DNA of 64,000 bases from Candidatus Scatovivens sp. (GTDB lineage: Bacteria > Bacillota > Clostridia > TANB77 > CAG-508), in NCBI GenBank assembly GCA_045646345.1, contig JAZRKN010000006.1, positions 32,001 to 96,000 of the forward strand, written 5' to 3'. Shown one piece after another: positions 21,033-30,268 of this stretch (position 1 is its first letter; each line of letters starts with the position of its first letter). The position numbers and the translations under genes were made by a program. The notes below the pieces were generated by a model that searched no databases, was not told the DNA's origin, and was given only the letters and a program-made list of their open reading frames with translations.

Positions 21033-22808
21033 TTAATTTTGTTTTTCTATTTCTAAATAATCTAAAACTTCTTGCAGAATTTTACCGGCTACTGGTGCCG
21101 CAACAGTTCCACCTTGATGTCCCGATAGTCCAGTTGGATTATATAAAGTTACTAAAATACACATTTGAGGATTATCTGTAGGAGCAACCCCAATAAAAGA
21201 CGTAACATATTTTCCTGTATTAACACCATCTTCTGAAGTACCAGTTTTTCCGCCTATATTGTAACCTTGCACTCTAGCATTTTTCCCAGTTCCTTCTGCA
21301 ACAACCGAAGTCATCATGCTTAGGACATCCCTTGCAGTTTCTTCTGATATAACTTGATTTTTATATATCGGTTGTATAATTTCTTTTTCTCCGGTTTTAT
21401 TATTTATAATTTCTTTTACAACTCTCGGAGAAACATATTTTCCTTCATTTGCAATAGCTGATACCATTGTTATCATTTGAATTGGAGTAACTTCAAATCT
21501 CTGGCCAAAACTTATAGTTGCCAGTTCAACAGGTCCTACTTTTTCTTCTTTTAAAAATATCGAACCAGCTTCACCAATCAAATCTATTCCTGTTTTTTCT
21601 AAAAATCCAAATTTCCTTAAATATTCATAATATTTAGTAACACCAATTTTTTGCCCCAGACCAATAAAAACCGGATTACATGAATTCATCAACCCTTCTC
21701 TCAAACTTTGACTACCATGTGGTCTATAATATCTCCAGCATTTTATTCTTCTTCCTGCTATTTCAATTCCTCCAGAACATGAAAATGTTCCTTGTTTATC
21801 TGCTTGTGCAATATTTTCTTCAATTGCAGCTGACGCTGTTACAAGTTTAAATGTTGAACCCGGTTCATACGTATCTGCAACAGCTTTATTTCTCCACATT
21901 CCTTGAAGATATATAGATTTTTGTTTTGAATCTAATTCTTGCCAAATTCCCTTTACTTCCTCATTATTTATTTCATATGGATTATTTAAATCATAGTATG
22001 GATATGTAGCCATTGACAAAATGTCACCATTTTGAGGATTCATCATAATAACATTTCCACCATCTGTACACACATTGTCAATACAAGCTTCTTCTAAATA
22101 TTTTTCTACTATTGCTTGAATATTCATATCAATAGTTAAAACTAGGTCACACCCTTTAATAGAATTTTCATATTCTTCACCAGAATCTCCAATTATATTT
22201 CCTTTTGCATCTAACATTTTACTTATACTTCCATTTTCACCTGTTAATATTTTATTGTACTTTGCTTCAATTCCATCTAATCCTTGATTATCACTTCCTA
22301 CAAATCCAATAATATGAGAAGCTAAATTTCCATATGGATAAAATCTTTTCGTATCTTCATCTATATTTATTCCTGCATATAAATTATTTTCTTCCATCCA
22401 TACCCTTAATTTATCTGTTTTTTCTTTATCAACTCTTTGTGCAATAATTTCTATAGAACTATTTTTATTAACTTTTTTAAACACCTTTTCATATTCAATT
22501 TCAAAAATATCAGATAATACTTTAGCAACTTTTTCTTTATTTTCTTTTGCTATATTTACCGGATTAACAGTTACTTTTTGAGTTGTGCTGCTTTGAGCTA
22601 AAACAATTTCTCCACTTGCATCATATATTGTCCCTCTGTTAGCAGTTATACTTCTGCTAACATATTGTTGTTTTTCTGATTTTTCCTTCCATTTTTCACC
22701 TTCTATGAATTGAATTATTGCGACTCTAACGCATACAATTATCCAACTTATAGTAACAGTTATTAGTATAAATATTATTTTCTTTTTAGAATCCAAATTA
22801 CTCTTCAT
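21033..22808 (-). CDS. Class B penicillin-binding protein (SpoVD/FtsI-like, no PASTA)
   Basis: N-terminal TM; RGTIYD, EPGSTFK (SxxK), SCN (SxN), KTGT; dcw position after ftsL. Confidence 0.93.
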   Translation of the reverse strand: MKSNLDSKKKIIFILITVTISWIIVCVRVAIIQFIEGEKWKEKSEKQQYVSRSITANRGTIYDASGEIVLAQSSTTQKVTVNPVNIAKENKEKVAKVLSDIFEIEYEKVFKKVNKNSSIEIIAQRVDKEKTDKLRVWMEENNLYAGINIDEDTKRFYPYGNLASHIIGFVGSDNQGLDGIEAKYNKILTGENGSISKMLDAKGNIIGDSGEEYENSIKGCDLVLTIDMNIQAIVEKYLEEACIDNVCTDGGNVIMMNPQNGDILSMATYPYYDLNNPYEINNEEVKGIWQELDSKQKSIYLQGMWRNKAVADTYEPGSTFKLVTASAAIEENIAQADKQGTFSCSGGIEIAGRRIKCWRYYRPHGSQSLREGLMNSCNPVFIGLGQKIGVTKYYEYLRKFGFLEKTGIDLIGEAGSIFLKEEKVGPVELATISFGQRFEVTPIQMITMVSAIANEGKYVSPRVVKEIINNKTGEKEIIQPIYKNQVISEETARDVLSMMTSVVAEGTGKNARVQGYNIGGKTGTSEDGVNTGKYVTSFIGVAPTDNPQMCILVTLYNPTGLSGHQGGTVAAPVAGKILQEVLDYLEIEKQN

Positions 22809-22921
22809 AATCTGCCCCCTAAATTAATCATTACTAAATCTTATTTTTTTAATAATAAATAATTCCAAAAAGATAAAAAAACAAAAAAATAGACTCCCAT
22901 TATTTTCTTGGAAATCTATTC

Positions 22922-23491
22922 TTAAAACATTTTTTGTAATTTTTCAATCATTTGATCTAACCAATTTGTTTCTTCTTCAATAATAACCTTTTCTGTTCTT
23001 GGTTCAACAAAATCTTTTTTTGAAAGACTTATATATGACGTTTGTTTATTGCTTAATTTTTGCATTCCTAATAGTTCTTTTGCTTTTTGCTCAACATTAT
23101 TTAAATTTAAACTATTTTGAATATTTATTTCTAATTGATCATTTGCTTTTTGTAATTCTGTAATTTGCAATTTTAAGTTTTGTATTTGTGTAAATGATTC
23201 ACTAATTCTTGAATTCATAAATAACATGAAAAACACTATTACAAACAATATTGCGCTCTTAAAAAATATTGCTACTTTTGTTTTCGCTATTAATGCATTT
23301 TTTGCTTTTTGTTCTTCTTGTTTTTTCTTAGCTTTATTCATATCATCTTGCTTTTTAGATGTTGTAATTTTTGCTTTTTGTTTTATTTTAGCTTTATTAT
23401 ACTGATTAGCATTTTTTCTTGGTTTATTATATTCTGGTTTTATTTTTCTTGGGCTTGTCTCATATTGATAAGCATATTGTCTACTTGGCAT
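22922..23491 (-). CDS. ftsL: FtsL/septum formation initiator-like protein
   Basis: Basic N-terminus, TM, coiled coil, VEQKAKELLGM; between rsmH and the PBP; start moved to ATG 23491 with SD AAAGGAGG. Confidence 0.75.
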   Translation of the reverse strand: MPSRQYAYQYETSPRKIKPEYNKPRKNANQYNKAKIKQKAKITTSKKQDDMNKAKKKQEEQKAKNALIAKTKVAIFFKSAILFVIVFFMLFMNSRISESFTQIQNLKLQITELQKANDQLEINIQNSLNLNNVEQKAKELLGMQKLSNKQTSYISLSKKDFVEPRTEKVIIEEETNWLDQMIEKLQKMF

Positions 23492-23525
23492 AGTGTTCCT
23501 CCTTTCTTTAGTATTCTTTGAATCA

Positions 23526-24452
23526 TTATTTTTTCTCAAATATTCTTAATTTTGCACTTTTACTTCTTGAATTTTCTTCCATTTCTTCTTCCGTTGGAAG
23601 CATCGGTTTTCTAGTAATTACTTTTCCCTTACTTACTGCTCCACACATACAATAAGGTAAACCTGGTGGACATGTACATTTTCCTGCAGCATCATTAAAT
23701 GCATTTTTTACAGCTCTATCTTCTAAAGAGTGAAATGTTAAAATACAAAGTCTCCCTCCTGGTTTTAATGCATCTATAGAATCCATTACCGTATTATATA
23801 ATGGTTTAATTTCATCATTTACTTCTATTCTTATTGCTTGAAAAGTTCTTTTTGCAGGATGTCCCTCACCTTTTCTTCTTGGCAAAACTTCTTCTATTAT
23901 ATTAACAAGTTCTTCTGTTGTTTCTATTTCTTTTATTTTTCTATGTTCAACAATTTTTCTAGCAATTGGTCTTGAAAATTTTTCTTCACCATATTCAAAA
24001 ATAATTTTCGCCAATTCCTCTTCTTTATATGTATTTACAACATCTTTTGCTGTTAAGCTTTGAGTTTGATCCATTCTCATATCAAGCTCTCCACTTCCCA
24101 TATAACTAAATCCTCTATTTCTCTCATCTAGCTGATAAGAAGAAACTCCTAAATCTAATAAAATACCGTCTACTCCAACAATATCTAGATTTTCTAAGAT
24201 ATTTTTTAAATTATCATGATTATCATGAACATATGTAACATTCGGAAAATCTTTTAATCTTTCCTTTGCAACACAAATAGCTTCTTGATCTCTATCAATT
24301 CCGATAAGAAGCCCATTTTTAGATATTTTTTTCGCAATTTCTTTGCTGTGTCCAGCACCACCCATAGTTCCATCAACATATATTCCATCTGGATTTATGT
24401 TTAGTCCTTGGATACATTCTTCAAGCATTACTGATTTATGATTAAATTCCAA
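23526..24452 (-). CDS. rsmH: 16S rRNA m4C1402 methyltransferase
   Basis: [50 protein letters not shown]; start moved to TTG 24452 with SD GAGGG. Confidence 0.97.
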   Translation of the reverse strand: MEFNHKSVMLEECIQGLNINPDGIYVDGTMGGAGHSKEIAKKISKNGLLIGIDRDQEAICVAKERLKDFPNVTYVHDNHDNLKNILENLDIVGVDGILLDLGVSSYQLDERNRGFSYMGSGELDMRMDQTQSLTAKDVVNTYKEEELAKIIFEYGEEKFSRPIARKIVEHRKIKEIETTEELVNIIEEVLPRRKGEGHPAKRTFQAIRIEVNDEIKPLYNTVMDSIDALKPGGRLCILTFHSLEDRAVKNAFNDAAGKCTCPPGLPYCMCGAVSKGKVITRKPMLPTEEEMEENSRSKSAKLRIFEKK

Positions 24453-24481
24453 ACTATTACCCTCATGATAAAATTTTCTTA

Positions 24482-24529
24482 AATTAGCATAAACAGTTGG
24501 CATTTATATACCAACTGTCTTGCTTAATT
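24482..24529 (-). other. Extended hairpin upstream of rsmH (terminator, attenuator or processing site)
   Basis: ACAGTTGG/CCAACTGT core extended by AATTAGCA/TGCTTAATT. Confidence 0.6.
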
Positions 24530-24538
24530 GTAATTTTA

Positions 24539-24777
24539 TCTTTTGTAATTAAAAACTTTTTCTTTCGTATCTTAAAACTTTCTTTTGTGTTATATAGTTT
24601 TACCTTGGTAAATTATATATTTTTTCTTTAGTATTACAAAACTTCTTTTGTAAACTTTTTCCTTATTTTCTTTAGTTTCCTAAAGTTTTTTCTTTTGTAT
24701 GCTTTTTCATTCGTACTTTAAAAATCTTTTGTATCTTAAAATTTTATCTTTGGAATGTTTTATATAAACTTTAGCAA
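24539..24777. repeat. Degenerate array of about 12 TCTTTnGTA motifs, 16-25 nt apart
   Basis: Copies at 24539, 24561, 24581, 24602, 24625, 24644, 24669, 24691, 24707, 24725, 24747, 24768. Confidence 0.65.
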
Positions 24778-24778
24778 G

Positions 24779-25204
24779 TTATATACCAAGCATTTCCATT
24801 TTTTCTGCAATTTCATCTGCAGAAATATCAGCATCACATTGTTGCCATTTTTCTTTGCTCCAAATTTCAATTCTTGAGTCCATACCTACTATTACAACTT
24901 CTTTTGTAAGTCCGGCAAATTCTCTTAAATTTCCTGAAATTAAAAATCTTCCTTGCTTATCTATTTCACAATCCATTGCACCAGCGAAGAAAAATCTTGA
25001 AAACGCTCTCGCATCTTTATTAGAAATTGGAAGAGATCTCAATTTTGCCTCAAAATTCTTCCATTCTTCAATAGAAAAAGCGAATAAACAGCCATCTAAA
25101 CCTTTTGTTATTATGAACTTTTCACCGATATCTTCTCTTAGCTTAGCCGGCATAATTAATCTGCCTTTAGCATCTAGAGAATGCTCATATTCACCAATTA
25201 ACAA
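24779..25204 (-). CDS. mraZ: Transcriptional regulator MraZ
   Basis: [12 protein letters not shown] and IDKQGR twin SpoVT-AbrB domains; first gene of dcw. Confidence 0.98.
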   Translation of the reverse strand: MLIGEYEHSLDAKGRLIMPAKLREDIGEKFIITKGLDGCLFAFSIEEWKNFEAKLRSLPISNKDARAFSRFFFAGAMDCEIDKQGRFLISGNLREFAGLTKEVVIVGMDSRIEIWSKEKWQQCDADISADEIAEKMEMLGI

Positions 25205-25230
25205 TGGCTACAACTCCTTTCCTTTTTCTA

Positions 25231-25260
25231 CCACTTTGTACCACTTTTCTCCACTTTACC
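25231..25260 (-). promoter_or_regulatory. MraZ binding repeats (3 x AAAGTGG, 10-nt period)
   Basis: GGTAAAGTGG AGAAAAGTGG TACAAAGTGG just downstream of the promoter; matches known GTGG-repeat MraZ operators. Confidence 0.85.
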
Positions 25261-25263
25261 TAA

Positions 25264-25292
25264 ATTTTAATATATAACATTTTATTTTGCAA
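25264..25292 (-). promoter_or_regulatory. sigma-A-type promoter of the mraZ/dcw operon
   Basis: TTGCAA, 17 nt spacer, TAAAAT. Confidence 0.65.
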
Positions 25293-25421
25293 GTATTTTT
25301 TCCATATTTTTTAAATTTATTAAATATCAGTTTATAATTACTTGTTTTTTTATAAAAAATACTCTTTAAAACATAAAAAAGAACTCTTATTTTTTTTAAT
25401 AGAGTTCTTAAAATTATAATT

Positions 25422-26045
25422 TTATAAATTTATTTCTTCATCAATATCAATTTCTTCTGGAATTCTTTTCATTTCATTTCTTAAACAAGTAAACCTATCT
25501 GCCACTTGTTTTCCTGCTGTTACTAATAATTCTGGAAGTTCGAATTGACTAACAATTGTTTGTGGTGCTTCTCTTCCTTCTTCGTTTACAAATCTTCTGC
25601 TTTCTTCATCATAGTAGAACCATTCTCCTCTTCCTGATACATCTTCTGTTGGTACTACTATTACATCTTGAGTCCATCTACCATTAACTTTTATCATCCC
25701 TTTACCTCTAAGATGTTCTTCCTCTTTTTTAGTATTATATGGTGAATCATTATTATATATTCTAATTCTCTTTATTCCTTTAGAATCTTTTATTAATGTT
25801 CTTAACATTTCTCCGTGATCATCTACTAAAAATTCACTGTGTATACTTTTATTAGGATCTTTTGCTTCTATGTCAATTCCCATTGTTCTCCAAATTTCTG
25901 GTGCTTCCATCCACCATTCTCTAGTTCGATGTCCTATATATATTCCCATATCCATTAATGTAAATATCACTGAATAATCTTTTTTATCTAATGCATATTG
26001 TTTATTATCTTCGGAATTTGAAACTAATCTCATAACTTCCTCCAT
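25422..26045 (-). CDS. Hypothetical 207-aa soluble protein
   Basis: ORF with SD AAGGT and a downstream hairpin; no recognised family. Confidence 0.8.
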   Translation of the reverse strand: MEEVMRLVSNSEDNKQYALDKKDYSVIFTLMDMGIYIGHRTREWWMEAPEIWRTMGIDIEAKDPNKSIHSEFLVDDHGEMLRTLIKDSKGIKRIRIYNNDSPYNTKKEEEHLRGKGMIKVNGRWTQDVIVVPTEDVSGRGEWFYYDEESRRFVNEEGREAPQTIVSQFELPELLVTAGKQVADRFTCLRNEMKRIPEEIDIDEEINL

Positions 26046-26169
26046 TTATTTTTTACTACCTTTTTATTATACCACCGTTTACATAAAATTACAATCTTTT
26101 TATCAAAATCTTCTTTGACATTATTATTCATTTATGATAATGTTTTCATATAAATTTAAGGAGAATATT

Positions 26170-26658
26170 ATGTTTAATCAAGTAGAAATATATGGTTTAG
26201 TTCTTAATGTAATAATTTATATTTTAATGGTTTTACCCATTATTTTATTCTCTTTTAAAAAATCTATTTACACTTCTAATAAGAAATTTTTATCATCTCT
26301 TAGTTTTTCAATTATTTTAGAAATTATCTTTTCAATTATTTTATATAATTTTTCTAAAAATATTTTTTCTATCTTCACATCAACAACAGGAATAATAAAC
26401 TATGCAGTTTATGCTTCAAAAATTTTATTTATTTCTAGTAGTTTATATGGATTTAAAATTTTAGTACCTGCATATATTTCACAAAAAAGTATTAAAAAAA
26501 CAGTGATTTTGATCTTATCAAAAATCACCGTTCATATCTTTTTTATTATATTAGGTTATAGTATTTTTAATATCAAAGGAATTTTATATTCTATTCCTAT
26601 TTGCGATATTTTATACTACATTATTTATTTCAAAATTTTCTTAAATATTTTCAGATAA
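26170..26658 (+). CDS. Membrane protein resembling the C-terminal part of a MATE transporter
   Basis: About 5 TM segments; IFSIFT...INYA..A.KILF and GILYSIPICDIL resemble MATE C-terminal motifs; ATG 26170 has SD AAGGAG. Confidence 0.55.
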   Translation: MFNQVEIYGLVLNVIIYILMVLPIILFSFKKSIYTSNKKFLSSLSFSIILEIIFSIILYNFSKNIFSIFTSTTGIINYAVYASKILFISSSLYGFKILVPAYISQKSIKKTVILILSKITVHIFFIILGYSIFNIKGILYSIPICDILYYIIYFKIFLNIFR

Positions 26659-27207
26659 TATATCTAAATTCGCTTCTAATGCATCTGTTGTAGTAAATCC
26701 TGTTTTTGCATTAAACACTGTATTTGAAGAATCAATATAAATCATTGATGGTAACTTAGTTATATCATATTTTTCAGCTGCCTCTTTGTATAAATCATAA
26801 TAAATTTCTACAGTATATTTATCATTTAAACTTTCACGAATTTCTTCAGCTGTATTAATCATAAAAAATTCTATTTTATCTTCATAGTCAGAATACATCA
26901 ATTCTACTTTATCTAATACTTCCATTGAATCTTGATCATTTGGATTAAAGAATAAAATCATTACAGCTTTATCTTTATAATCTGATAATTTTACTTCTTT
27001 TTTATCTGATGTGTAAACAGTAAAATCAGTATATTGAACACCTTCTAAATCTTCCGTTTCAGAAATTTCTTCTTCTACAACTATTTCTTGTTGTTGAACT
27101 GGTTCTTCTTCAACTTTAGTTGGCATTTTTGATACATAAATATAAAAAACCGAAGCTGCAATTAATAGTAAAATTGAAAAAGTTAAGATTAAAATATTTT
27201 TTTTCAT
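26641..27207 (-). CDS. Membrane-anchored redoxin/TlpA-like thioredoxin-fold protein lacking CxxC
   Basis: DFTVYTSDKKEVKLSDYKDKAVMILFF and YDITKLPSMIYID; no Cys in the protein. Confidence 0.75.
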   Translation of the reverse strand: MKKNILILTFSILLLIAASVFYIYVSKMPTKVEEEPVQQQEIVVEEEISETEDLEGVQYTDFTVYTSDKKEVKLSDYKDKAVMILFFNPNDQDSMEVLDKVELMYSDYEDKIEFFMINTAEEIRESLNDKYTVEIYYDLYKEAAEKYDITKLPSMIYIDSSNTVFNAKTGFTTTDALEANLDILSENI

Positions 27208-27330
27208 AGTTCCTCCTTTGTTAAAATTTCCTTTATTTTATCAATAAAACTTTTATTTGTAAATAATAATAATTTATGCTATATTAATTACAAGCACTAT
27301 AAATCTTATATAAAAAGAAAGGACATTTTT

Positions 27331-27594
27331 ATGAATTCTGAAATTAAAAATCAAGATAATTCTAATACATTAAAATTTTCAATAGATAGATTTGAAGAAA
27401 ATTTTGCTGTTTTAGAAAACTGTCAAACTGGTGAAATCATCAACATTTCAATAACTGAATTGCCGGAAAATGCAATTGTTGGTTCGATTTTAAAGTTTGA
27501 AAATGGAAAATATATCTTAGATTTGGAAGAAACAAAACGCGAGCAAGAAATTGTTAAAAATATGGTTGCAAATCTTTTCAAAAAGAAAGATTAA
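27331..27594 (+). CDS. DUF3006 family protein
   Basis: SIDRFEENFAVLE...LPENAIVGSIL; this family commonly neighbours ComEC-like MBL genes. Confidence 0.85.
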   Translation: MNSEIKNQDNSNTLKFSIDRFEENFAVLENCQTGEIINISITELPENAIVGSILKFENGKYILDLEETKREQEIVKNMVANLFKKKD

Positions 27595-27606
27595 TTTTAT
27601 ATAGAC

Positions 27607-27640
27607 AAAAAAAGAAAGTTTAAAAAAACTTTCTTTTTTT
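27607..27640. terminator. Bidirectional terminator
   Basis: AAAAAAAGAAAGTT/AACTTTCTTTTTTT between convergent genes. Confidence 0.7.
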
Positions 27641-27650
27641 ATTTATAAAT

Positions 27651-28664
27651 TTACATACTATCAAAACTTACATCTATTTTAATAATTTCATTTGTTTTCC
27701 CATCACTTATCAATTGAATTGTTCCATCTCTATCAGTTCTATATATTGTTGTTCCTATTTTTTCTAATCTTTTTATTATTTTATCTTTAGGTAATCCATA
27801 ACTGTTTCCTTCTCCAACAGAAATAATTGATAATTCTGGAGCCACTTGATTTAAAAAAACTTGTGAACTACTTGTATTTGAACCATGATGCCCTACTTTT
27901 AAAACATCAACATCATTCCATTTTCTAGATTCTTCAACTTCCGTTTCTGCATCTCCCATAAATAGATATTTTTGTTCACCATAACACATTTCTAAAACTA
28001 TTGATGCATTATTTGTATTCTCAGGTTCAGAATGATCAATAGCCATTATTTCAAAATTAGCCTCTGGTAAATTAAATTTATCTCCTACATTCACTTCAAC
28101 AATTGGCTCTTCTTTTTTGGCAAGTGCTGCTAATAATTTTTTATAATAAGTTGTTGTTGAAGTTTCATTATATGGTAGATAAAAATCTCCAATTTCAAAG
28201 GATTCTATTATATAACTCATACCTCCAATATGGTCTTCATGAACATGAGTACCAACAACATAATCTAATTTGTCTATTCCTAATGCTTTTATTCCATTTA
28301 CAATAAGTTCACCATCTCCCTTATTTCCTGCATCTATTAATACTGTTTTTCCTTGATTTAAAATTAAAGTACAATCTGCTTGTCCAACATCGAAAAACAA
28401 TACATTTAATTTATCTTGATCTATTTGAATACTTTGAGATACTTTTTCAATAATTTCTATGTTGGCTTTCACTTCTGGAGTCGTTGGTACAACAGAAGAA
28501 TCTCTTGTATCCACAATATCAGCAAGCCCTGTATCTTCAATCGCTTTATCAATGGCTGCCAATATTCCTGTTTGTGATAAAAAATATATTATTATAAATG
28601 TTATAACCGTTATTAAAACATCTTTTAATTTTTTATTAATTTTATTTTTCTTTTTTCTTCCCAT
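27651..28664 (-). CDS. ComEC/Rec2-like MBL-fold metallohydrolase
   Basis: FDVGQAD, THVHEDHIGG, FMGDAE, KVGHHGS, YRTDRDG; N-terminal TM. Confidence 0.92.
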   Translation of the reverse strand: MGRKKKNKINKKLKDVLITVITFIIIYFLSQTGILAAIDKAIEDTGLADIVDTRDSSVVPTTPEVKANIEIIEKVSQSIQIDQDKLNVLFFDVGQADCTLILNQGKTVLIDAGNKGDGELIVNGIKALGIDKLDYVVGTHVHEDHIGGMSYIIESFEIGDFYLPYNETSTTTYYKKLLAALAKKEEPIVEVNVGDKFNLPEANFEIMAIDHSEPENTNNASIVLEMCYGEQKYLFMGDAETEVEESRKWNDVDVLKVGHHGSNTSSSQVFLNQVAPELSIISVGEGNSYGLPKDKIIKRLEKIGTTIYRTDRDGTIQLISDGKTNEIIKIDVSFDSM

Positions 28665-28781
28665 AATCTACCTCTTCTTTTGTAGTAAAATTTTATCAAT
28701 AAATAAAAATTTTATCAAGCAACATTTAGTATCTTATAAAAGCAAAAAGAGATATTAATATAAATTAATATCTCTAAAATT

Positions 28782-29930
28782 TTATATTCTTACTTCTTCT
28801 GAAGTAATATCTGTTATTTTTTTACCAGTTAAATATCTATCTTTCATTACAAGTCCTTTTTGAGTAAAATCTATACCTATAAATTGATATGGAGTAATTC
28901 CTCTTCTTTCTCTAAAAAGTACTGCAATTTTTTCAGGATCTATTTTGTCAAATTCATATGTAGAATATAATTTCTTTTTCTTAGAGCCTTCAGGTAAAGA
29001 ATCAAAATATTCTTTATCTCTTTTTATTACTTCTTTTATTTCTTCTACAGGATCTAATCCATCTTTATCTACATTTCTAAATCTATATCCTAACCAGAAT
29101 GGGTATATTTGTCCCATAATTTCACCATTTTCATTTTGTGCAACTATTTCTAATCCACTTTTTCCTGTAAGACCACTATAAATTTCTTTGTCAGTTAAAA
29201 AATTGACAAACGAATTAAATACTTCTTTTTGACTTTGTGTCATTGAATTTTTATATGGTAACATTGGTTGTTGTACTGCTTGATGTGTTAAATAAGACAA
29301 AATTTTATTTATATCATTATCACTTCTTTTAGCGAAAAATAAACTTGTTTTATCTCCTGAAATTTGGTGTGCTTTATGAACATCAAATGTTGGGTATAAT
29401 ACATATGTATTTACATTTCCAACTCTTTCTGGTTCATACCCCAAAATTTCTTTAACACGAGCTATTAAAAGTTGCTCACAATTTTTCCAAGCATCTTCTA
29501 TAGATTTTTTATAATCTTCAGTATCACTTACAATTTGTTTTATTTCTGGTGTTTCTGTCAAATCATGGAAATCTTCTAAGAAACTTTCCATTCTTTTGGT
29601 TTCAGCATCCGTTAAATCATATTCAATTTTCATTCTTGTTGCTAACGATCTTCTAGAATCTTCTGTTGCTGTTAATGGAGAATGTGCTAAAACACTATCT
29701 AAGAAATTGTTTCCATTTCTTTGTATTAATTTAGCATTTCCGAAAGTTTTTGGATTTCTTAAAATAAAATCTGTTATTACAGGACTTGAATCTACTACAC
29801 CATTTTCGATGTATCTTTTTTTCATCTCTGGATTTTTTGCAGATCTCAATCTTCCTTGTACTTCCCCATTTAACATATTACAAACTATTGAATCACCATT
29901 TACAGTGAAATTCATATAACTTTTTGGCAT
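28782..29930 (-). CDS. Hypothetical 382-aa protein
   Basis: SD AGGAGG, own promoter and terminator; no secure family. Confidence 0.85.
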   Translation of the reverse strand: MPKSYMNFTVNGDSIVCNMLNGEVQGRLRSAKNPEMKKRYIENGVVDSSPVITDFILRNPKTFGNAKLIQRNGNNFLDSVLAHSPLTATEDSRRSLATRMKIEYDLTDAETKRMESFLEDFHDLTETPEIKQIVSDTEDYKKSIEDAWKNCEQLLIARVKEILGYEPERVGNVNTYVLYPTFDVHKAHQISGDKTSLFFAKRSDNDINKILSYLTHQAVQQPMLPYKNSMTQSQKEVFNSFVNFLTDKEIYSGLTGKSGLEIVAQNENGEIMGQIYPFWLGYRFRNVDKDGLDPVEEIKEVIKRDKEYFDSLPEGSKKKKLYSTYEFDKIDPEKIAVLFRERRGITPYQFIGIDFTQKGLVMKDRYLTGKKITDITSEEVRI

Positions 29931-30268
29931 AATTCCTCCTATACATGTAGTTACATTTATAGATTTTAAACAAGCAATATATTGCTACTTTTTTCATAAG
30001 TATGAACTACCGAGTTTTTTTGACGAACTCGACATTACTATTTTATCACACTTTGTGACTAAAATAAATACTTTTTTGTAATTTTTATGTGAATTTTTAT
30101 CAGTTTTCATTGCAAAATAAGCATTTTATAGATAATTTTACATAAAAAATCTTATTTTTCATTTCAAAATTCCAAATAATCCTTCTTTTCTTACTAAGGT
30201 ATGCGTTATTTGATTTTTTCTTCAAAAAAGTGTATAATCTTTCTATAAAATAAATTTAGGAGAAAAAA

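Noticed and set aside
24539-24777. CRISPR array interpretation of the mraZ-rsmH repeats
   Set aside because: The core is only about 9 nt and degenerate, the period of 16-25 nt is too short, there are no unique 30-40 nt spacers, and no cas genes are present
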